From an uncultured Acidobacteriota bacterium (lineage in GTDB: Bacteria; Acidobacteriota; Thermoanaerobaculia; Gp7-AA8), in the NCBI GenBank assembly GCA_963741955.1, contig CAVUKB010000007.1, positions 1,088,001 through 1,152,000 on the forward strand: a DNA stretch of 64,000 nucleotides, in the 5' to 3' direction. The translations under genes were made by a program, and so were the position numbers. Position 1 is the first letter of the stretch. The number at the start of each line of letters is the position of its first letter. The notes under the pieces are model-generated. The model was given only the letters and a program-made list of their open reading frames with translations. It was not told the DNA's origin and made no database searches. Shown piece after piece: positions 29,810 to 39,664 of this stretch.

Positions 29810-30601
29810 TCACGACGGAAGGAACGTCTCACGCTCGGGAATGATGAAACGGTAGCCGCGGGCGAGCGCGCGGATCACGACCTCCTCCACACATTCGACG
29901 CTGAGAAGCCGTCCGTCGCGCGCATGACGGCCCTGGTGGAGCAGGATGATGGCCCCGGGACGAAGCTCGCGCTCGATGCGGGTCGCGACGGTTGCGGGAT
30001 CGGGACGCGAGATTCCGTCGTATCCGCGCGCGCTCCAGCCGACGAGGTCCATGCCGAGGCGATGGAGGAGGGGATGGACGAAGGGATTCTTCATTCCGAC
30101 CGGAGCACGGAACAGAGACGGAGGGACGCCGGTGATCCCGGCCAGGGTGCGATTCGCCTCCTCGATCTCCCGCCGCATTGCGCCGGAGCCGAGACACCAG
30201 AACGATCCGGCGGGGTGAGTGAGTGAGTGGTTTCCGATGGTGTGGCCATTCTCCAGAATTCGCCCTACGAGCTCCGGATGACGCGCCGCCTTCGTCCCGA
30301 TCACGAAAAATGTTGCCTTGACCCCTCGTTCATTCAGCAGGTGGAGCATCGCATCCGTGTCGCCGGGGTCGGGGCCGTCGTCGATGGTGAGCCACAACTC
30401 GCGATCCGTGGTGCGGAAGGAAGTCACCACCCGGCCCAGCCATTGGGAGCGCGCACGGAGCGTGGGGTAGAGAACCAGTGCATGAGACGCAGCGAGCACG
30501 CCGATGGCCATCGGAACGGACGACGACCAGAGCGCGATCATCGCGAGAGGCGCGAGCGCCGCGAATCCGAGAATCAGAGGGCGGACGTATCGAACTCGCA
30601 T
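29810..30601 (-). CDS. polysaccharide deacetylase (CE4/NodB) with N-terminal membrane anchor
   Basis: LTIDDGP, KATFFVIG, GHTIGNHSLTH, FRAPVG, WSARGYD, GAIILLH. Confidence 0.9.
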   Translation of the reverse strand: MRVRYVRPLILGFAALAPLAMIALWSSSVPMAIGVLAASHALVLYPTLRARSQWLGRVVTSFRTTDRELWLTIDDGPDPGDTDAMLHLLNERGVKATFFVIGTKAARHPELVGRILENGHTIGNHSLTHPAGSFWCLGSGAMRREIEEANRTLAGITGVPPSLFRAPVGMKNPFVHPLLHRLGMDLVGWSARGYDGISRPDPATVATRIERELRPGAIILLHQGRHARDGRLLSVECVEEVVIRALARGYRFIIPERETFLPS

Positions 30602-31152
30602 CGTTTCTCCAGTGCGTCGACCGATCGGCGGATGAGCCACATCACCATCGCCGCGGAAATGTCGAGGATCCAGAGGCCGATCCAGACGTATCCAGCCCAG
30701 CGCGTTCGAAGCCGGAGTGTGACGGCGGCGATCGCGGCAGCAAGCGCGACGAGATGGAAGATCCTTTCCTGAATCTCGAATCCGTGCCTGCGCGGCTTCC
30801 ATCCGGCGCGGCGCAGCAGCCAGGCGCCTCCTCCGATGACGAGGAGGAGAACGTTGAAGCAAACCAGTGCGAGAACCAGAGCGGCGAGGAGGAAGAGCGC
30901 CTGCGTGATCAACGGTTGCCCGGCCGAAGTGAGCCATCCCCATGAGAGGATCGCGAACAGCAGGTACATCGCACTCCCGGTGGTCCAGGCTTCGACCGGA
31001 TTCTGATTCCGGTCGGAGGCGAGCCACGAGGGCCGCGGCGGTGGGCCCGGGGTTCCGAATCGAAGGAGAAGAAATCCCGCCAGCCGGAAGATCGCGAGAC
31101 GCGAGCGCGACGGGGCGAACAGCAGCGGGTGAAAGGAGCCTGACCCGGTCAT
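30574..31152 (-). CDS. hypothetical membrane protein
   Basis: Several hydrophobic segments. ATGA overlap with the upstream acyltransferase stop. Start uncertain. Confidence 0.5.
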   Translation of the reverse strand: MTGSGSFHPLLFAPSRSRLAIFRLAGFLLLRFGTPGPPPRPSWLASDRNQNPVEAWTTGSAMYLLFAILSWGWLTSAGQPLITQALFLLAALVLALVCFNVLLLVIGGGAWLLRRAGWKPRRHGFEIQERIFHLVALAAAIAAVTLRLRTRWAGYVWIGLWILDISAAMVMWLIRRSVDALEKRCEFDTSAL

Positions 31153-32066
31153 CGCTCTTCGTCCACTCCGAAATGTTCGAACGTGAACCACTGGCTCCAG
31201 TGTCGTCGAATGGTGCGCTCGAGAGCCGTAGTCCAGATGGATGTGGCTTCCCGAAGATCACGGTCGCGGTCGCGGCCCGCGCGCCGGCACTCGATCGGTT
31301 CGAGTGCGACGAGGCGGTAGCGGCGGCGTCCCGCACGGGTGATGAAGAGCGGGTAGATCCGCGTGCGCGTCGCCATGGCGAGTGCGAATGGTCCGCTGGG
31401 GAGCTTCACCCGGAGGCCGAACATTTCCGTCTCGAACGACGACACTCCGGGGATGGCGCGATCGCCCTGTATCGCGACGATCTCGCCTCCGCGGATCGCC
31501 TCGAGCAGATCGAGTGCGACCATCCGGGAATCGGTGCTGTAGTGGATGCGGAAACCTTCGCTCACCGCTTTCGCCCTCTTGCGCGACGAGAAGGCTTCGC
31601 TCTCGGGATCCGTTTCGGGCGCCCGCACGATGCTTATGGTCCGTTCGGTCCGTTCGGCGAAGAGGTAGGAGCCGAGATCGTAGTTGCCCATGTGCGCGGT
31701 GAGCAGAACGCTCCCGGAGGGATTGGACACCAGATCGCGGAAATGTTCGAGTCCTTCGAACTCCCAGTCCATGGAAAGGCGTTGGAGGTTGAAACGCGCC
31801 GTGTCGGTGAACGTCCAGGCGAAATTCCAGAAGACGCGCCAGGCGCGGCCGAGGTTCACCACCGCGGATGACTCCGGAAAGATCGCGCCGAGATTTCGAG
31901 CCACGGCGCGGCGCCCCGGTCCCCAGAACAGAAAGAAGAAGGTCGTATAGGCGGCCATGACGATCGGTTCGACGAAGGTCGGGACGTTCTCCACCGCCCA
32001 GTCGAGATACTGGCGCCAGAAGACCCCGCGCATGGAGAACCGCCGCAGAGGGAGGGGAATGTTCAC
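31149..32066 (-). CDS. LpxL-like lysophospholipid/lipid acyltransferase
   Basis: HX4D motif LTAHMGNYD, AIQGDR, LPSGPFALA, QWFTF. Confidence 0.85.
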   Translation of the reverse strand: MNIPLPLRRFSMRGVFWRQYLDWAVENVPTFVEPIVMAAYTTFFFLFWGPGRRAVARNLGAIFPESSAVVNLGRAWRVFWNFAWTFTDTARFNLQRLSMDWEFEGLEHFRDLVSNPSGSVLLTAHMGNYDLGSYLFAERTERTISIVRAPETDPESEAFSSRKRAKAVSEGFRIHYSTDSRMVALDLLEAIRGGEIVAIQGDRAIPGVSSFETEMFGLRVKLPSGPFALAMATRTRIYPLFITRAGRRRYRLVALEPIECRRAGRDRDRDLREATSIWTTALERTIRRHWSQWFTFEHFGVDEER

Positions 32067-33262
32067 GGCTGCATGATCTCGTCGAGCCTGGAAGTCCTCG
32101 AAGGAACCTCGGGCATCAGTGCACGGAAGAGTGCAGACTGCATGATCGCCTCGTCGCCGTGATAGGTCGGGACGTAGAAAAGGGGGAACTTCTCGAAGAT
32201 CTCACGGTCGGAAATGCGGCGTCGTGCCTGAACCGTCCGGCGTTTCTCCATCAGCCGTTCCGAGTTCGCGAAGAACCACTCCATGGCGCGGAACTGCATC
32301 ACCGTGAGCGGATCGTCGATGGCCGGACCGCTCCGGCGGCGCAGGAGCCGGTCGAGCATCTTCCTCCCCTTCCCCGGCGCAGAGGAATCCAGCGCCGGGC
32401 GTCGCAGAGGCGACGTCTCCTGATTGCGGTCCACGGTATAGCAATGGAGGCGATGGAGGAGAGTGAGGAAGATCGGCCCTGCGAATCGGGGCAGCATCTC
32501 CGGATCGAGATTCTTGATTGCGGTCTGCAGCGCATTGCGCTCGAAGAGCACTCCGCGCTCGAACGCGCCGAGGCGGTCGCTCGTCGCGGAGGACTTGTGA
32601 CGGACCACCGCGCTGCGGTCGAAGCTGATCCGGTAGCCGCTGAGCCATGCGCGCCATCCGAAGTCGACGTCTTCGAGATACGCGAAGTAGTCGTCGTCGA
32701 ATCCGCCGAGCTCGAGGAACTCGCGCCGCCGCACGATCATGTTGCCGCCACACGCGAAGAGGAGCTCCTCTCCGTCGTCCGGCTCGGGAACGCTCCCGAT
32801 CGGTTTACGGAATCCCCGCTGGAACGCGTGACCGTCGAACGTCAGAAGGCCGCCGATGAAATCGATCTTCGTCGCGGAGGAATCGACGATCCGCCCGGAG
32901 ATCGCGACGACGTCCGGCGGGGCATTCCGCATCGCGGACGCGAAGCTCCGGAGCCAGCGTGGCTCGGGAACCGCGTCGTTGTTCAGAAAAATCAGCGAGT
33001 CTGCGGCGGAAGCATCCGCGGCGGCATCGATCCCTCCGGTGAACCCGCGGTTGACCCGGAGCTCGAGGAGCTTCACTCCGGGGAAGCGCCGGAGCACGGC
33101 TTCTGCGGTGCCGTCCTTCGATCCATTGTCGACGACGGTGATCGACGCGTCGGGGTATTGGTCTTCACCGGGTCCGATCTGAGCGGCGACCGCCTCGACG
33201 GCGCGAAGCGTGTCGTCGCGACCGTTCCAGCTGATCACGACCACTTCGATATTCGGATTCAT
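32063..33262 (-). CDS. glycosyltransferase family 2
   Basis: ISWNG, VDNGSKDGT, NRGFTGG, FLNNDA, GGFDDDYFAYLEDVDFGWR. Confidence 0.9.
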   Translation of the reverse strand: MNPNIEVVVISWNGRDDTLRAVEAVAAQIGPGEDQYPDASITVVDNGSKDGTAEAVLRRFPGVKLLELRVNRGFTGGIDAAADASAADSLIFLNNDAVPEPRWLRSFASAMRNAPPDVVAISGRIVDSSATKIDFIGGLLTFDGHAFQRGFRKPIGSVPEPDDGEELLFACGGNMIVRRREFLELGGFDDDYFAYLEDVDFGWRAWLSGYRISFDRSAVVRHKSSATSDRLGAFERGVLFERNALQTAIKNLDPEMLPRFAGPIFLTLLHRLHCYTVDRNQETSPLRRPALDSSAPGKGRKMLDRLLRRRSGPAIDDPLTVMQFRAMEWFFANSERLMEKRRTVQARRRISDREIFEKFPLFYVPTYHGDEAIMQSALFRALMPEVPSRTSRLDEIMQP

Positions 33263-34479
33263 CGCAACGCCCCCAGTCTCCTTCGGATCCGCCGGAGGAG
33301 AGTCGACTCGGGGAGACGCGCCTCGAGTGGTCGAGCGAGGTCCTTCGTCTCGTCCTTCTTCGGATTCGAGCAGAAATCGAGAAGAGGTGCGAGCGTGCGG
33401 CTCCACGGATGATCCGTGGTCCAGCGACGTGCTCCCTCGCGCATCCGGCGGTACTCGTCTTCGGAAGAGAGCACTCCGGCGATCGCATCTGCGAAATCGG
33501 TGGCCCGGTTGGAGCGGACGACCACCCCCGCAGAGTAGCTCCCGAGGATGGTGTCGGTCCCGCCGGCGGGACTGGTGATCACGGGGAGTCCTCCCCAGAG
33601 GTAATCGAAAATCCGAGTGCGCATCGCGAGGTCCGTCTCCAGCGATGGTGCGAAACAGAGCATGGCCAGGGAGAACTTCCGATAGAACGCCGCGCGCTCC
33701 TCGTACGCGAACCACGGCTCGAATCGAACCACGTCCGCGAGGCCGCGTCTCTTCACCTCGTCCTGCGCCGCGGTCGCCAGAGTCTGCGGTGTGCTCTCCT
33801 GATTCGGATGGAGGGTGAAGGTGAGAGTGAGTCCGGGAATGCGGGCGCGGGCCATCTCGGCCGCGTCGATCGCGAGAATCGGATCGTACCAGTCGTAAAT
33901 GCCGCCGAACAGCACGTTCGCTCCCGCAGGATGAGTGTCTGCCGGAGGTGGAGGAGCGACCCCGAATGGTGCGATCGCGAGAAGAGATCGGAGCGACGGG
34001 TCGCGCTGGTATACGAGCGGATGGACTCGACCGGTCGCGAGGAGCAGTCCGAGATAGAACATCCTCTGGGCCTCGGAGGCACAGAGAAAAAAGTCGCCGC
34101 GAAGCAACGAGCGCATCAGGGTCAGGTGATCGTGGTTGAACACTTCTGCGCCGCGTGACGGATAGTAGTGGAGGTTCTCGACGATGAACGGATCGTACAG
34201 ATCGACCACGGTGGGAATGGACGCGCCGTGCGCGATCAGCTCGTTCACGACGTGCCCCTGCACGATCGCCACGTCGGCGGCGCCGGAGTGGTCGTGGATC
34301 GCCTGTGGCGAGAGCGCGGCGGATGTGCATCCGTCGACGGTGCCGCCATCAGGGCTGAGGACGATCACCTGGTGTCCCACGGCGCGGAGCGCTCGTGCGA
34401 TCTCGATGAAGCGGATTCCGACGCCTGCGGGGTGGCGGTGACCGAGTGGCTCGGGGCAGAGGAGGAGAGCGCGCGTCAC
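33259..34479 (-). CDS. GT-B glycosyltransferase (family 4-like)
   Basis: AGVGIRF, VVDLYDP, DFFLCASEAQR, FGGIYDWYDP, RTRIFDYLWGGLPVI. GTGA overlap with the upstream gene. Confidence 0.8.
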   Translation of the reverse strand: MTRALLLCPEPLGHRHPAGVGIRFIEIARALRAVGHQVIVLSPDGGTVDGCTSAALSPQAIHDHSGAADVAIVQGHVVNELIAHGASIPTVVDLYDPFIVENLHYYPSRGAEVFNHDHLTLMRSLLRGDFFLCASEAQRMFYLGLLLATGRVHPLVYQRDPSLRSLLAIAPFGVAPPPPADTHPAGANVLFGGIYDWYDPILAIDAAEMARARIPGLTLTFTLHPNQESTPQTLATAAQDEVKRRGLADVVRFEPWFAYEERAAFYRKFSLAMLCFAPSLETDLAMRTRIFDYLWGGLPVITSPAGGTDTILGSYSAGVVVRSNRATDFADAIAGVLSSEDEYRRMREGARRWTTDHPWSRTLAPLLDFCSNPKKDETKDLARPLEARLPESTLLRRIRRRLGALR

Positions 34480-36383
34480 CGTTTTCCCTTGAGCCTCTCG
34501 ACCGCGGAGTGAATCTTCCAGGTGCGGGAACGGTAGATCGTCTCCATCAACGCATTCAGACGCTCGACCTCGGCGAAGAGCTGCCCGATCGTCTCCGACT
34601 GGCTCGCGACCGCGGCTTTGTTCGTCTCCAGTTCGCGAGCGAGTCTCTGAGCGTCGCCAGTCGCTCGCATCACTTCGGCTTCGAGGCCCAGCCGCACTTC
34701 GTCCAGTCGCTGCCGTTGCGCTTCTGCGGAGAGGAACCGTCCGTGCTGCTCCCGAATCTCTTCGATCAGTGTCTGCTTCTCCCGCTCGAGCCGGTCGACG
34801 TCGCGCTCGAGGTGTCGGCCCCGTCCGATCTGTTCGACCCGCTCGCTCCAGGTTCGCTGCAGCTCGAGCTTCTGTTTCGCCAATGCGTCGGCGAATGCCT
34901 CCGGGGAGGCGAGATCGCGATGCTTTTCCCAGATCCGCAGTTTTGCCCGGCGAAACGCCTCGCTCCCTTCGGGTGACGCGAGGACGGCGGAGCCGCTTCC
35001 TTCGAAATGACGGATCTCGCAGGTGACGAGAGGAACGTGACCGAAGCTGCCGAGCCGCGAGAGCCGGAGAATGAAGTCCCAATCCTCGAAGAGATCGAAC
35101 TCGGGATCGAAGCCGCCGAGAGAGCGGAAATCCTCCGTCGCGACGAGGAGCGTGGGGAGAGGGATGTAGTTGTCGACGGCGAGCATGGTGCGATCGAAGT
35201 CGCGTGAAAAGAGTCTCAGCCTGTCGCGCACCTCGTGGATCCCTTTTTCGCCGGGACGGAGAAACACCGACACCGCATCCGAGTAGACCGCTCGGTGAGG
35301 TCCCGACTGCATGGCGCGGGTGAGTGTGGAGAGGTGTTCCGGATAGTAGGCATCATCGTCGTCGAGAAACGCGAGCCACGGCGTCTCGACGCGCTCGACT
35401 CCGCGGTTCATCGCCAGCGAACGTCCGGAGGAGCGCGGATCGTCGACGAGTACCACGCGCTCGCCGAAGGGAGCGACGACGTCGCGAGGGCTCGCTCCGC
35501 CATCGTTGACGACCACGACGCGCGCCGGCGGCATTCCCTGGAATATGGAGTGGAGGGCTTCGTCGAGGAGGTTCAGCCGGTCGCGCGTACGCACGACCAC
35601 GGAGACCGGCAGCTCTCCGGCCGCCGATTCGACCGGCATGGTTCCGCCGATACGCTTCTCGAGATCACTCCAGCAGATGGTGCGAAGTTGCGGAGCGGGG
35701 ATGACGAAGAAGGCTTCCGCGGCGACCGTCTCGGGCTCGAGCGTCATCGCGCGGTAGTGGTTCAGCCCGGAGGCATAACGATCGTAGTTGCGGATCCGCA
35801 GCTGGGATTCGTGTGCACGGATGGCGTCGGATTTGCGAGCCGAAACGGCGGAGATGTCGACCAGCGTGTTCGGCTGGAACGGGCGGCTGATCTCGCAGAA
35901 CGCGACGTTGCAGAGAGCGAGTGAGCCTTCCAGGTCGCGGGAGGAGTGGATCACGTCGAAGAACGCGCGGCTGAGCGCCCGGTGGTCTGGGTGGATCTCG
36001 ACCGGAGAGGGGAGGACGATCAGATCGGGGCGGAACTCCTGGAGAATCGCCCGGATCGACTCTCCTGCCGCGGTTCGATGCTCCTCCAGGTGCCGGTCGG
36101 GGATGCGAAGGAATTCGAGATCGGGCGTCCCTCCGAGCTGCTGGAGACCGCGGCGGACTTCGTTCTCGCGAATCTCGCGGTAGACCGCCGGGTCGTCGAC
36201 TCCTTCGGCCGCAGTGCCGTCGGTGAAGACGACGATCCGGGTGATGCGGTGCTCGGCGAGATGTTGCGCGAGAAGCCCGCCGCACCCGATCACCTCGTCG
36301 TCGGGATGGGGGGCCAGAACGAGGAGTCGCTCCCCCCGCAGAGGCGTGGCCTCGAAAGGGATCAGCTCCTTTTCGTCGCTCAT
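34476..36383 (-). CDS. PIG-L/LmbE de-N-acetylase + GT2 + C-terminal coiled-coil fusion protein
   Basis: APHPDDEVIGCGG, HPDH, AHESQ; VRTRDR, VNDGG, AFLDDDD, GGFDPEFDLFEDWDF; heptad-rich tail ending IYRSRTWKI. Confidence 0.85.
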   Translation of the reverse strand: MSDEKELIPFEATPLRGERLLVLAPHPDDEVIGCGGLLAQHLAEHRITRIVVFTDGTAAEGVDDPAVYREIRENEVRRGLQQLGGTPDLEFLRIPDRHLEEHRTAAGESIRAILQEFRPDLIVLPSPVEIHPDHRALSRAFFDVIHSSRDLEGSLALCNVAFCEISRPFQPNTLVDISAVSARKSDAIRAHESQLRIRNYDRYASGLNHYRAMTLEPETVAAEAFFVIPAPQLRTICWSDLEKRIGGTMPVESAAGELPVSVVVRTRDRLNLLDEALHSIFQGMPPARVVVVNDGGASPRDVVAPFGERVVLVDDPRSSGRSLAMNRGVERVETPWLAFLDDDDAYYPEHLSTLTRAMQSGPHRAVYSDAVSVFLRPGEKGIHEVRDRLRLFSRDFDRTMLAVDNYIPLPTLLVATEDFRSLGGFDPEFDLFEDWDFILRLSRLGSFGHVPLVTCEIRHFEGSGSAVLASPEGSEAFRRAKLRIWEKHRDLASPEAFADALAKQKLELQRTWSERVEQIGRGRHLERDVDRLEREKQTLIEEIREQHGRFLSAEAQRQRLDEVRLGLEAEVMRATGDAQRLARELETNKAAVASQSETIGQLFAEVERLNALMETIYRSRTWKIHSAVERLKGKR

Positions 36384-36488
36384 GTTTCGATTATCGCCGA
36401 ACTGAAGAATAATTGCGGCGTCCGCGCCGTCAGCCGCTCCGCCAGAGCATACGGGCGGGCGGCCGCCGCTGTCTATAATGGGAGGCGG

Positions 36489-37769
36489 ATGAAGATGTTC
36501 GACGAAGTGCCGCAGTCGGAGACGGAGAGGAGAGTCCTGAGGTTCCTCTTCGCTGCAGGAGATGGGATCGATCTGGATCTCCTGACTCCGGAAGAGAAGA
36601 ACGTAGTGGACGATCTGCGGCGTCAGGGAGTGGTCGAGCTGTGGGACGGAAGAGCGAGAATCGACCCGAACGGCGTGGCCGCGGGTCCGGAAGCACGGGA
36701 AAGATTCGTGGCTTCGTCGGCGGAGGATACGGCGAATCATGCGCCGACTGAGCTCGACCGCCTCCGCCGGCAGGAATGGGAAAGCCGTACGCTGTTCGAG
36801 TTCATTCAGTCGCTGACCGGGAACATCATCCGCGCGACCTCCATCCGGGAGCTCTTCGCGTCGGCGTTCACGCAACTCGCAGGGCCGGTCGATTTCTCGA
36901 TCGGCACTGCAATCATGGTGGAGCAGAATCTCGAGCTGTACATCTCGAGACGCGCCGGAACGGAACGGGTCATCGGAAAACGGTTCGAGACGGAGATCCG
37001 CAACACGATGCAGGGGCAGCTGAACCTCTCTTTCGAGGACACCGACGTGGTGATCGTCGACGAACAGACGAATCTTCGCGGCGCCGCCCCCGAGTGGGAT
37101 CCGTTCGAATACTGCGCACGAGCGGTCATCCAGCACGAGAACAGAATCGCCGGGGTTCTGGTGATCTTCAGAGCGGGACGACCCTTCCGTCCGGAAGAGC
37201 AGAAGATGCTTCAGATCCTCTCGGGTCAGGTCTCCATTCTGCTGGACAACATCCGGGCGCACGAGCGGATCCAGAATCTCGCGGACACTGACGAGCTCAC
37301 GGGAATTCCGAACCGCCGCTTCTTCCGCTCCCGGCTGAGCAGCGAGATCGACAGGGCGCGGATCTATTCGCTGCCCCTTTCTCTGCTGCTCCTCGACGTC
37401 GACGAATTCAAACAGATCAACGACAGTTGGGGTCACATGATGGGGGACGTGGTCCTGTCGGAGCTCTGTGGTGCGGTGAAGGAGACGCTCCGGCCGACGG
37501 ACATCTTCGCCCGGTACGGAGGGGACGAGCTCGCGGTGATCCTCTTCCACACCGATCTGTGGGGAGCGCGCTCGGTGGCGGAGAGAATCGTGCAGCTGGT
37601 GCGGAAACTCGACATGCATTCGGAGTCGGGTGCGGCGATCGGCTGCACCGTCTCGATCGGGATCGCGACGTATGTTCCACCCGACATGACGGCGGCGGAT
37701 CTGATCCAGCGGGCGGACGAGCGGCTCTATCTGTCGAAAAAGAGTGGAAAAAACCGATACAGTTGGTGA
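36489..37769 (+). CDS. GAF-GGDEF diguanylate cyclase
   Basis: TDELTGIPNRR, DVDEFKQINDSWGHMMGD, RPTD I-site, RYGGDEL, TVSIG, ADERLY. Confidence 0.9.
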   Translation: MKMFDEVPQSETERRVLRFLFAAGDGIDLDLLTPEEKNVVDDLRRQGVVELWDGRARIDPNGVAAGPEARERFVASSAEDTANHAPTELDRLRRQEWESRTLFEFIQSLTGNIIRATSIRELFASAFTQLAGPVDFSIGTAIMVEQNLELYISRRAGTERVIGKRFETEIRNTMQGQLNLSFEDTDVVIVDEQTNLRGAAPEWDPFEYCARAVIQHENRIAGVLVIFRAGRPFRPEEQKMLQILSGQVSILLDNIRAHERIQNLADTDELTGIPNRRFFRSRLSSEIDRARIYSLPLSLLLLDVDEFKQINDSWGHMMGDVVLSELCGAVKETLRPTDIFARYGGDELAVILFHTDLWGARSVAERIVQLVRKLDMHSESGAAIGCTVSIGIATYVPPDMTAADLIQRADERLYLSKKSGKNRYSW

Positions 37770-38540
37770 GTGATGAGCGAAAAAATTCTGATCGCAAACT
37801 GGAAAATGAATCTTCCGCCGTCGGGTCTGGACGGGTTCGTCCACTCCTTCGCGGATGGCCGCGTGGACGCGTCGGTAGAGCTGGTGATTGCACCTCCTTT
37901 TCCGTTCCTTCCGGAGATTCGAGGATTGATCGACCGGCAAGGCGTGGCGTCGGGGCTCGCGGGACAGGACTGCTCGCAGGAGGAGAAGGGAGCGTTCACC
38001 GGTGAAGTTTCCGCGGCGATGCTGCGAAGCGTCGGAGCGACGCACGCCATCGTCGGACACTCGGAGCGCCGGCGCTACCACCATGAACCGGATGAGATGA
38101 TCGGCCGGAAGGGAGCCCGCGCGATGGCGTCGGGGCTCGTCCCGGTGCTCTGCATCGGCGAAGACGCGAAGACGAGAGACGAGGGGGGAACGGTCACGCT
38201 CCTCGAATCGCAGATCCGCGGCGCGCTCGACGGCGCCTCCAGCCTGAATGGCCTCAATCGACGATGGATTCTCGCCTACGAGCCGGTCTGGGCGATCGGG
38301 ACGGGCCGGAACGCCTCGCCGGAGATGGTGGCGGAGACCCATCTGGCGATCCGGAAGGTGCTGCGCGGGTTGGGACACGAGCAGGTGCCGATCCTCTATG
38401 GAGGGAGCGTGACGCCGGAGAATGCGGAAGCGCTCGCGTCGGTGGACGAGGTCAGCGGCTTCCTGGTCGGCGGCGCCAGCCTCGACGCGACGAAGTTCCT
38501 GGCGATCCACGACGGCATCCTCGCGGCCGTTGCGCGGTGA
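37770..38540 (+). CDS. tpiA: triosephosphate isomerase
   Basis: ANWKMN, GAFTGEVS, GHSERR, AYEPVWAIGTG, YGGSV, LVGGASL. Confidence 0.96.
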   Translation: MMSEKILIANWKMNLPPSGLDGFVHSFADGRVDASVELVIAPPFPFLPEIRGLIDRQGVASGLAGQDCSQEEKGAFTGEVSAAMLRSVGATHAIVGHSERRRYHHEPDEMIGRKGARAMASGLVPVLCIGEDAKTRDEGGTVTLLESQIRGALDGASSLNGLNRRWILAYEPVWAIGTGRNASPEMVAETHLAIRKVLRGLGHEQVPILYGGSVTPENAEALASVDEVSGFLVGGASLDATKFLAIHDGILAAVAR

Positions 38541-38631
38541 GAAAAATGTTGACTCCGCCCTCCCATCCGGGGAAGAATTCACCGCTCCGCAGGGTTCTGT
38601 GGCCTCGGAGTCAACCTGAACGGAGACATAC

Positions 38632-38925
38632 ATGGTCGTTTTCATCGTCGTACTTCACGTCATCGTCAGCTCCTTTCTGATGCTTTTCGTCCTGCTTCAG
38701 CAGGGGAAGGGTGCGGACCTGGCGGGAGCATTCGGAGGTGGTGGTTCGCAGACGGTTTTCGGACCGCGCGGAGCGGCCACTCTCCTGCAGAAGCTGACGA
38801 CCGTGTTCTTCGTGCTCTTTGTCATCACCTCGCTGACTCTCGCGATCATTCAGGGGCGGCCGAAGACGTCGGTCATGTCCGCGCCGCAGTCGGCTCCGAC
38901 CGCGCCCGCTCCCGTGAGCAAGTAG
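38632..38925 (+). CDS. secG: preprotein translocase subunit SecG
   Basis: VLLQQGKGADLAGAFGGGGSQTVFG between two TM segments. Conserved tpiA-secG-tRNA-Leu synteny. Confidence 0.95.
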   Translation: MVVFIVVLHVIVSSFLMLFVLLQQGKGADLAGAFGGGGSQTVFGPRGAATLLQKLTTVFFVLFVITSLTLAIIQGRPKTSVMSAPQSAPTAPAPVSK

Positions 38926-38940
38926 TCACGCGAACCGTTT

Positions 38941-39025
<85 letters not shown>

Positions 39026-39034
39026 TCTCCTTCC

Positions 39035-39114
39035 TTCTTCATCATCATCATCATCATCATCTTCTTCTTCATCATCGGGTTTCGTCCTGCGCCTCTGTGC
39101 GCCTCTGTGCGCCT
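39035..39114. repeat. compound microsatellite (TTC)2(ATC)7(TTC)3(ATC)2 plus a 10 bp tandem TGCGCCTCTG (~2.7 copies)
   Basis: Read directly at 39035-39076 and 39088-39114. Confidence 0.85.
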
Positions 39115-39244
39115 TCGGGGGCGTGTGCGCATCGGAATCCGAAATCCGCTTCCGCGTGGCGCGGCGCTCGCGTTTTCACGGTACGTCTCTTGCGAGTCCC
39201 TGATTTTGCGATAATCTGCTGAAAATGCGCTGGGGAGGTTGGCT

Positions 39245-39583
39245 ATGACGGAAGTTCCATCGGCATCCGGTGGCAAGAGACAATCGGTCCTGAAGGACGT
39301 GGTGGATGATCTTCTGCGCAATCTGCAGGAAGGTGTGGGAGACAAGGAGAAGCGGAAGCAGGTCGAAGAGTGGCTTCGGAGTCTCGCCGACAAGTACCCG
39401 GAGTTCTCGATCGGCGAGGGGCTGCGGGAGTACTACCTGGCGGAAGCAGGGCGGCTGCGGAAGGAATTCGACTCGGCCAGTGACCTGACGGAGAAGCTCG
39501 CGGTCGGTCGGATGGTGGAGAGTTTTCTCGATCGAGCAGCAGAGTTCGACCGGCTCCGCGAGGAATCCGCGCGAATGAGCTGA
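39245..39583 (+). CDS. hypothetical helical protein
   Basis: 112 aa charged ORF with a GGGGAGG RBS and protein-like composition. Confidence 0.7.
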   Translation: MTEVPSASGGKRQSVLKDVVDDLLRNLQEGVGDKEKRKQVEEWLRSLADKYPEFSIGEGLREYYLAEAGRLRKEFDSASDLTEKLAVGRMVESFLDRAAEFDRLREESARMS

Positions 39584-39664
39584 GCGCGAGCTCCGGCCGC
39601 TGCCCGGCAGATCGCCGGCATTCGGAAATGCCCTCGGGCCTCTTCCTCCGATACAATCCCGCTC

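Noticed and set aside
36384-38645. N-terminal extension making a 1389 aa protein
   Set aside because: It overlaps the GGDEF gene and tpiA on the opposite strand. Recognisable sequence starts at MSDEKE (36383).
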